NCBI GenBank assembly: GCA_964507625.1
Contig: CAZDPR010000001.1
Coordinates: 5,012-69,011 of the forward strand
Length of the DNA: 64,000 nt
Source: an uncultured Candidatus Saccharibacteria bacterium
GTDB lineage: Bacteria; Patescibacteriota; Minisyncoccia; Phycocordibacterales; UBA1006
Direction: 5' to 3'
The position numbers and the translations under genes were made by a program. Numbering within the stretch: position 1 is the first letter of the stretch; each line of letters starts with the position of its first letter. The notes beneath the pieces were generated by a model that did no database searches, was not told where the DNA came from, and saw only the letters and a list, made by a program, of their open reading frames with translations. This document shows positions 57,321 to 64,000 of the stretch, one piece after another.

Positions 57321-59525
57321 ATGAATCAAATTTTTTTTAGAAACCAGCAAAGTATTTTAAAAGAAAAACCAGGTGATAAAAAAATTGAAAGTTTTGAAGA
57401 CCTTTCAAAGAATTTTGATTTCTATAACCTAGATCAAAAGGGATATAGTAATTTTGTAAAAGATTTCTCAAATGAATTTCTTGAAAGAGAATTTAAATTG
57501 GGGAGAATAATAAAAGACCCTACAGGAAGGCTTGTTGTAAATACTCAGACAGAGGATTTTATTAAAAGTGCTATTGATAGAATTAGTAAATTTAAAACAA
57601 GAAGGCCTGACGATGTTTCATTTTTACTTCTTTTATATAGTGATATTTTTATAAAAACTGAAAATGGACTAGAAAAATTCCTAGATATTCCAAAAACCAA
57701 AGATCATTTATTGACTGGATCAGAAGGTTTTCATGATTTTCTCTCCTTAAAAGGTGTTTCTCCAAAAGTGGAAATAGTTTTACCAGATGGAACAAAAACA
57801 AATCCTTTAGAAATCTCTTTTTTGAGAGCATGTAGGAAATATAACATTTCTAGACAAAAGGGTGATAAGCTTTTTTATACTAATCCAGAAACAGGAAAAA
57901 GAGAAAGATTTTTCATAAAAAGAATTGAAGATGGTTCTATAAAAATGAAATATTTTAAAGAAATGTTTAATATAGAAAAAATAAAAGAAATCCTACATAA
58001 TTGCTTCGAGGAAGAGATAATTAAAACTACAGATTTTCGACTAGACAATAGAGATAATTTTGGCTTAGATGAAAAAAGTTTTGAAAATAAAAAAGTTTTT
58101 TTTGGTCCCAAGTATGCAAGTTTTACCACTATTCCTGGCTATTCAATACGTTATTATTTAGGTAGAAATAAAATACCAGGTATTAATATTGACTGGAAGC
58201 CAACAATAAAATTATCTAGACTAGACAAAAACACCGCTGCGTTTATAGACTCAAGTTATGGTGTTAATAAAATTATTGCAACACTTGACTTATTCCAAGA
58301 TAAATATGCTATAGAGAAAATGTTTCTGACCGCAAAAGAGTTAGGAGTTAAAGATCCTGATGCAAATTTAGTACTCAATAATGATTATACAGAAAAGAAC
58401 ATACAATCTTTTGATATTAAAAATATTTTACCTCAATTTGTAAAGGAAAACCCACTAGATCACCTAGATTTCTTAAGTCAGGTTACTGATGTAAAAAATG
58501 TTATAAATATGACTAGAAGTGTATTAGAAAAATTAAACATTTCTGTTCTTGAAATACCATTCAAACAACAGGTATTACTGTTCGGCTCTCTTAGTCAAAT
58601 AGGAAAGGAGGATGAGGTTATAAATTTAGTTAAAAAATTTAAAATTAATGGATTAAAAACTTTCCTTTCTCTTGAACATGGTGGACAAGAAATGGGTGAT
58701 AAAATTCTTGAGCTAGGTAAGATACTCGAACAACACGATGCAGAGCGTGTATTTACTGGATACGCACAAATTATTGATCAAGCAGATTCGTTAAAAAATC
58801 GTCTAGAAAATTCATTACAAGATCGGGATATAGTCTCACTTGAACTAAAGAAGAAAATCCCCCACCAGATATATGATGCGTTGTTACTTCGTGCAAAAGA
58901 TATTTTAATAGGCGCTCATATGGTTGCAACAGGAACGATTGAAGGAAAACTCGATATTGATGAAGTGTGTAATGCACTTGCAGGTATTACTAAAATGCTT
59001 CATATTATTAATCATTTACATACCCAGGATTACTATCAGTTTACTAAAACACTTGAGACACCCCAAAATCATAAATATCATATTATTGATTCTGTAACAC
59101 AACATGAATACATCTTAAAAATTTTCTTGCGACCATATGCAGAAAAAAACGCTCAAGCCCGTGCCAATTTTGAATTATCTTTTGACACAAAAAATCCAGA
59201 TCCAATATTACAAAAAACATTTTATAATGAAATTATTTCACATACCCAGAATAAAAAGATATCAGGTTCAGTATTACGTATTGGTATTGATCGAGAGGAT
59301 TATGATGGAGTTGGTCGTGTATCACTCGATATAGGAAGGTCAGAACGCAGTGATACAGAACTTACTCGTACTGGAGATATACTTGGAAACTTACTTTCAT
59401 ATGCATCTATCGATGGCCACCATACCACAGAACCATTCAGTTCAGAATTTGGTGATCCAGAAACATTCGCACAACTTGTAAACCTACTAGGAACGTCATT
59501 AATAAAACAAAAACAGCCTAATTAG
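57321..59525 (+). CDS. hypothetical 734-aa protein
   Basis: long ORF with native codon usage; no recognisable motif. Confidence 0.45.
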   Translation: MNQIFFRNQQSILKEKPGDKKIESFEDLSKNFDFYNLDQKGYSNFVKDFSNEFLEREFKLGRIIKDPTGRLVVNTQTEDFIKSAIDRISKFKTRRPDDVSFLLLLYSDIFIKTENGLEKFLDIPKTKDHLLTGSEGFHDFLSLKGVSPKVEIVLPDGTKTNPLEISFLRACRKYNISRQKGDKLFYTNPETGKRERFFIKRIEDGSIKMKYFKEMFNIEKIKEILHNCFEEEIIKTTDFRLDNRDNFGLDEKSFENKKVFFGPKYASFTTIPGYSIRYYLGRNKIPGINIDWKPTIKLSRLDKNTAAFIDSSYGVNKIIATLDLFQDKYAIEKMFLTAKELGVKDPDANLVLNNDYTEKNIQSFDIKNILPQFVKENPLDHLDFLSQVTDVKNVINMTRSVLEKLNISVLEIPFKQQVLLFGSLSQIGKEDEVINLVKKFKINGLKTFLSLEHGGQEMGDKILELGKILEQHDAERVFTGYAQIIDQADSLKNRLENSLQDRDIVSLELKKKIPHQIYDALLLRAKDILIGAHMVATGTIEGKLDIDEVCNALAGITKMLHIINHLHTQDYYQFTKTLETPQNHKYHIIDSVTQHEYILKIFLRPYAEKNAQARANFELSFDTKNPDPILQKTFYNEIISHTQNKKISGSVLRIGIDREDYDGVGRVSLDIGRSERSDTELTRTGDILGNLLSYASIDGHHTTEPFSSEFGDPETFAQLVNLLGTSLIKQKQPN

Positions 59526-59537
59526 GCTGTTTTTGTT
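59506..59537. terminator. bidirectional terminator between convergent genes
   Basis: AAAACAAAAACAGCCTAATTAGGCTGTTTTTGTT. Confidence 0.65.
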
Positions 59538-60366
59538 CGTGGAGTGGATGTTTTTCTTTTGCAGTATTCCAAATAAAATTGAATATAATGAGGAATGTTG
59601 TATACGTAGCATAATCGTCAATAATAGTAGTAATCATTGTTTCTCCAAAAGAAGTAATACCAACTTTTTGTTTACCATAGAGAATAATTTGGGCTGGAAT
59701 ATTAAAAACCTCAATAGGAACAACTTGACGTTCTACAAAGTGTTTTTCATCAAATTCTTTTACCCAATGAAAAGTATCTTCTACTATTGGAGTGATTGCT
59801 TTAGTATGGATATTGTTTGTCACCTGTTTTTGAATTTGTTTTAATATTTTATCATCTACTTCGGGGTGGTTTCGATCAGCTGGTGATTGAATAAGAAAAA
59901 TATCTTTTTTTTCACTGATAATATCAGACCATAATCGTTCAAGCCCCTTGATACCTTCAAAAAATTGAACCCCTGGTTTTTCTTGAAATAAATTAAACTG
60001 AGATAAAAACGTGCCAAGATTCGCAGAAACAGTTTCTTTTGCAAGTTGGATATTTTTTTCTTGACTTTCCAACATGTCGATCAGGCGATCGGGATGAGAA
60101 GGGGAATAGGTGGTTACTGTCCCAGTACCACCTTTTTTCTGTACAAGTCCTAAATGCTCCAATTGTTCAAGTGTTTTATAAACTAACCCCCTTTTAACAC
60201 CTGTCCATTTTGAAAGTTCTCCAGCTTTTTGAGCACCTTTTTCTAATAATGACTGATAAATAAGCGCTTGATCTGCTGAGAGGCCTGATTGAATAAGAAT
60301 GTTTTCTTCTGTCATACCTCGATAGTATATACTATTTTGTTTTGTCATGCAAATATGACAAAACAT
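59518..60366 (-). CDS. wHTH (TrmB-like) putative regulator, divergent paralog 4
   Basis: N-terminal ...ALIYQSLLEKGAQKAGELSKWTGVKRGLVYKTLEQLEHLGLVQKK wHTH; divergently transcribed from the ncRNA-candidate promoter. Confidence 0.45.
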   Translation of the reverse strand: MFCHICMTKQNSIYYRGMTEENILIQSGLSADQALIYQSLLEKGAQKAGELSKWTGVKRGLVYKTLEQLEHLGLVQKKGGTGTVTTYSPSHPDRLIDMLESQEKNIQLAKETVSANLGTFLSQFNLFQEKPGVQFFEGIKGLERLWSDIISEKKDIFLIQSPADRNHPEVDDKILKQIQKQVTNNIHTKAITPIVEDTFHWVKEFDEKHFVERQVVPIEVFNIPAQIILYGKQKVGITSFGETMITTIIDDYATYTTFLIIFNFIWNTAKEKHPLHEQKQPN

Positions 60367-60430
60367 TTAATTAAAAAAGCTATATTTTATAATGTTTATT
60401 TTAAAAAATATAATTTTTATTCACAAGTCA

Positions 60431-60459
60431 TTGACAAAACAATATGATTATGCTATACT
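60431..60459 (+). promoter_or_regulatory. consensus sigma70-type promoter (TTGACA-17 nt-TATACT) firing rightward
   Basis: TTGACA at 60431-60436, 17-nt spacer, TATACT at 60454-60459; predicted TSS about 60466. Confidence 0.6.
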
Positions 60460-60465
60460 GTGGGT

Positions 60466-61264
60466 AAGAAAATGAGATATGAAATTAATCACATCTCAGA
60501 TTCAGTTCTTTCCATACAGATTATCTATTCAATTAAGAACGTACTACCGAATGGTCAGGGGAGCCAAAAATCGCCATAACGAAGAAGTAGAGACGAGGAG
60601 AGCTTAACCGAGTAGATAATGGTTCATAGAATGATCGGAGTAGGAAAACAATGACTTGAACCTCATCTGTTCCCTATATTCCACTAAGTGCTTAGCGGCC
60701 GACGGATTGCATCATTCACACAGTCTTATAACGAGATCTGCTGGGATAATACGACTAACCCCCGTATTACCTAGAAATCTCTTTAGAAGAAAATTATTTA
60801 AGAGGAGAGATCTTACATAATTCTAAAGAGGAGAGAAATCTTCTTTGTAAATTGAATAGACACTGACCACAAAACCTGATGAGGTGTGTAACGCACGGTA
60901 GGGGGTTGTGGGTGCAGATAACATATAAGTTTTAAAGACAATCTACTCACAAAGTAATAAACAGTGGAGGATGATTGTCTACCTTATTGAGCCGGCAGGG
61001 TTACCCGCGCCAGATCCGCGTCTCCATTGGAGACCTGGGATCATTTCCGGGTAGTCGGCTCATTGGGTTTGCACCCTCCTGAACTAGGGACCACCAGTTT
61101 AAGGATGGGGAGGGGCAGTGGCTGAGTTCACTATAACCCGTCCCGCTCCAAAGATGACTCAGTCACGACTCTGTTAGATCGGAGAACTGAGTTGAGATGT
61201 TAGTGAGGGTGCAAAAAAAATATAAGGGGAGAAAAACCGAGCAATCGGCCTCCCCTCTTTTATC
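60466..61264 (+). ncRNA. candidate large (about 800-nt) structured non-coding RNA of unknown family
   Basis: bounded by a consensus promoter and a GGGGAG...CTCCCC+TCTTTTAT terminator; no ORF of 60 aa or more in any frame across about 900 nt; GC well above the genome background; numerous local hairpins and a duplicated AAGAGGAGAGA element. Confidence 0.35.
61226..61264 (+). terminator. Rho-independent terminator ending the ncRNA candidate
   Basis: GGGGAG-aaaaaCCGAgcaaTCGGc-CTCCCC then TCTTTTAT. Confidence 0.55.
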
Positions 61265-61730
61265 CAGCAGAGGAGAGAATCGTCTGTTGGTAGAAGTTGT
61301 GAAATTGTTTCCAGAACTTTCTGTTCAATAGTATTGAATGGTTGGTTATGGAAATAATGTCAAATATGGTCAGCCTTCCGGGGCTGACCGTCGTGGGTAA
61401 GATAGATTTGCCCACGAAAACTGCGGGCAAAAAAGCCCGCAAAAAATATTTCAAACCTTTCACCGGTGGGTCGACCATCGGGGAAAGGTTGAAAGCCGCA
61501 GGTGTTACTTTAAAGTAACACCTGCGGTGGTCACCGAATGACCTCAAAAATGTCGGCGTGATAGAGTGATCCTTACGAGAAATGGATTGCAGGTTCATTA
61601 GACCAAAGCGTGTTTGCAAAGTAATGCCTTGGCATGAAATGCAGAGATCTTTGGCAAGCAAACAGAGCCTGTAAGCTCTGGCGGTACCTAAAATAAAACC
61701 GCGCTTTTCTTTTTTTAAATCATATAATAT

Positions 61731-62165
61731 ATGATTATAAAAAAAGAAGTCAATTCCCTTCAAATCCTCGAAATTTTCGACGGATTTGGAGGGGTGTTCC
61801 TTGGAGCACTGAGTCTGTTCTTGAAACAGCAGTGGGATATCTCCCTCTGCATTGAAAGAGCAGATTCACTTGCCGAAGGGCTCCACGAGGAGATTGATGG
61901 TTTTGAAACAGTAAACCTAAATTATTCCTGGGAGTCACAAGGTGACGATGAACTTGTAATCCACTACTTTTCACGTAGTGGAAATGAATACAAGTTCATC
62001 CTAAACAAGGGATTTGCTTTGTGGGATCGTAAAAAATCCCACAGAGTAGAATTTTTCAATGGAACCTCGTTAGAGAGTTTCATTGAAAAGGTGTGTGCCT
62101 CAGAAGGTACACACCCGAATCCTTTGTTTAGAAGGAACACGACCACCACAGACACCGAAATATAG
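61731..62165 (+). CDS. doubtful 144-aa ORF in the GC-elevated, hairpin-rich region
   Basis: starts right after the AT-rich palindrome ATCATATAaTATATGAT; region contains strong hairpins (for example GTGTGTGCC...GGTACACAC) and overlapping antisense ORFs, so coding status is uncertain. Confidence 0.2.
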   Translation: MIIKKEVNSLQILEIFDGFGGVFLGALSLFLKQQWDISLCIERADSLAEGLHEEIDGFETVNLNYSWESQGDDELVIHYFSRSGNEYKFILNKGFALWDRKKSHRVEFFNGTSLESFIEKVCASEGTHPNPLFRRNTTTTDTEI

Positions 62166-62759
62166 TAGGTGTCAGTGGTCCTCGGAGTTAGGAAGTTTTT
62201 TCCTTCGAGGTAAAACCGGACAATGTGTCTGGCGTAGTGAACCAATAAGCTACGAACAGGTGAATGATTGTGAAAGGTTTCCAAGGGAATCAATCAAAAC
62301 TTAGCCACCAAAAAGAACGGCGTTTGATAGTGAGTACGCTTCGTGCCAGCAATGGAATAACACGAGAAAACTGTCTGATAGTGTCACCTACTACGTGGTG
62401 AGCCTAGCGGAAGCAGATCCGACATGACGAGAAGTCACAGTTATCCCAAGCAGGCGTGGTTGCCTGCTTGGGCAAGAGGGTTATGGCAAAGTAATTTGCC
62501 ACTCTTATTCCATTATCAAGTTTGTAATTTGATAGTGGATTAGAGGTAAATTGGTAAGAGTATCAAGAATGCATGGTTCACCATGTTTTTTTATTACTCT
62601 TACCAAGGAACGCACGTTGTGCAAGTACCTTCCGAAAAACTGATTCTCGTGAAAGCCATGCCAGGCAGGAAGACGAGTGAGGTAAACAGTTCACGCCGAG
62701 TATGTTCTCGGAAAAATTCTGGATGAAATGAAATCCCTGGCCAGACAGGGTAAGAAAAT

Positions 62760-63314
62760 ATGGCTAAAACTTTGAGTTTGGCAGAATTTTCTCAAATCGC
62801 AAAAGCAGCGCAAGCGCGCGTTGCTGAGCGTGGTCCAGCCTACTATGGCTGGGTGAATGCGCCTGAAAGAACAGGTCGCATTTTCACCCAAACCCAAGGC
62901 TGGGGTCAATCAGCCAAAAAAGTAAAAGCCTCCCCAGTGGAGGCTTTAGAAATTTATAAGAAAAAATTGGATGGAGCGTACGGCGAACGGTTTGTAATGA
63001 GCCTGGGACTTATCGCCTCACTCATTGCGAACGGATATTCTGTTCGTTTTGTGCAATTCCAAAAGGAGGCAGGCGTGCCGTTTAACGCCTCCGGCTGGAC
63101 AGTCATCGTCGTGGAGACGATGCCAATTTTTCACATCGCTCCGGAGGATCTCCGGTTGAGCGATGTTCAGGATCTCGTAGAGATTCTGACTGATAACCAA
63201 GCTCCAGATGTGGCTTGGAAAAAAACCAATAAAGTCGGCGAATTCGCCGCCTTACTGGCTGGCTCAATCGAGCCCGGGCTGGACTTGGTAAAAATTGCTC
63301 AGGAGAATTCTTAA
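62760..63314 (+). CDS. hypothetical 184-aa protein with foreign (about 50% GC) composition
   Basis: clean ORF with protein-like composition; no recognised motif; lies in the GC-elevated island. Confidence 0.4.
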   Translation: MAKTLSLAEFSQIAKAAQARVAERGPAYYGWVNAPERTGRIFTQTQGWGQSAKKVKASPVEALEIYKKKLDGAYGERFVMSLGLIASLIANGYSVRFVQFQKEAGVPFNASGWTVIVVETMPIFHIAPEDLRLSDVQDLVEILTDNQAPDVAWKKTNKVGEFAALLAGSIEPGLDLVKIAQENS

Positions 63315-63533
63315 TCTCTTGAGCTATGTCCTACGCGAGACCGTAGGAAGAGCACATGCCTGACGTGCGAATTCTGGTTAATCAGGTAATGAGAGTTTGG
63401 TTGTAACTCTTGAAAAAACAATCGACAGGGTTAAAGGGTTAACATGGAGAGCAATCTCCAACTGTCTCCGTCTCATAGGCGGACTGATGAGTCTTGTTCT
63501 GAATAATACTGAAGAACGAAAGACGAAACAGGA

Positions 63534-63797
63534 ATGGTTCCAAACATGTTTGAGTGGGTATTTTTTATCTATTCAAATATGTTTGGAACCTGTAAGGTTC
63601 CCGGTTGCTGTAAACCAGCAATCGGGAGCTACTGGGGTGGTTCTCCTGGCGTATGTCAGGAGCACTTTGATGCCCCAAAAAAGGCCGAACGTGAAAAAAA
63701 AGAAAGAGTCTATAACGAGGCTCTTTCTGCAATCATGCGTAAGTATGATTGCTCACGTGAGGCTGCTGAAATAATACTTCGTAAAGGGGTATTATAA
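63534..63797 (+). CDS. small Cys-rich (putative zinc-binding) protein
   Basis: ...GTCKVPGCCKPAIGSYWGGSPGVCQEHF... C-x4-CC...C-x2-H cluster; GC-rich island. Confidence 0.3.
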   Translation: MVPNMFEWVFFIYSNMFGTCKVPGCCKPAIGSYWGGSPGVCQEHFDAPKKAEREKKERVYNEALSAIMRKYDCSREAAEIILRKGVL

Positions 63798-64000
63798 TTT
63801 CAGCTCCCCCTGTCTCGATGGCACAACAGGGGATTCCAAGAAGGCAAAGCCTTCATCGAGAATAAACTTCTTGGACATAGAAACTGATTCAACTATGTAA
63901 AAAAGATCAGAAAGCAGATTCGTGAACACTGCTTGGAATAAAGTTCACCCCAACGACTGCGGGTAAAAGTCACAAAGGTTCCACCCATCACGCGTGGTTG

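Noticed and set aside
61260-62304. Overlapping ORFs on both strands (61260-61763 minus, 61750-61974 minus, 61964-62293 minus, 62083-62304 plus)
   Set aside because: They overlap one another and strong perfect hairpins in a GC-elevated region. They are more consistent with a non-coding structured region than with genes. Only 61731-62165 was retained, at low confidence.

Overview
This 64-kb window is AT-rich (about 30% GC by eye) and reads as a streamlined bacterial chromosome segment. The gene content, including a type-IV-secretion-like cluster, many small genes and reduced housekeeping enzymes, points to a small-genome or CPR-like organism. It spans the chromosomal replication origin: rpmH-rnpA-yidD-yidC run divergently from dnaA-dnaN, with DnaA boxes on both sides of dnaA. 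Housekeeping genes present include rpsT, ruvA, ruvC, polA, a class A PBP, tyrS, ksgA, comM, rpsO, a Xer recombinase, xth, pyrG, cca and a UvrD/PcrA helicase. There are four tRNAs: Arg-GCG, Lys-UUU, Arg-UCG and Gly-GCC. Many Rho-independent terminators are visible.

The main features worth a second look are:
1. A roughly 14-kb minus-strand operon next to the origin encodes a Gram-positive-style T4SS-like apparatus (VirB4 ATPase, VirB6-like polytopic protein, VirB3-like protein, VirB1-like lytic transglycosylase, large secreted proteins). It has no relaxase or coupling protein.
2. A three-gene cassette is tandemly duplicated: an SLOG/LOG-like protein and a SAM methyltransferase, divergent from a wHTH regulator. 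The copies share a conserved operator and an identical 36-nt terminator repeat. Two more regulator paralogs lie elsewhere in the window.
3. At least eleven parS-like palindromes (GTTTCAYRTGAAAC) lie within 2.5 kb, several inside coding sequence. They sit next to a second AT-rich DnaA-box cluster.
4. An abrupt GC-elevated island begins at about 60.4 kb. It opens with a consensus sigma70 promoter (TTGACA-17-TATACT) driving a roughly 800-nt ORF-free, hairpin-rich transcript that ends at a terminator. I propose this as a novel large ncRNA candidate.
5. A 1012-aa GC-elevated protein with glycine-zipper hydrophobic segments may be an effector.
6. A G9 homopolymer sits in a promoter region.
7. A GC-rich structured 230-nt island lies immediately 3' of tRNA-Arg.

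All calls are from reading the sequence and ORF translations; no database searches were run.
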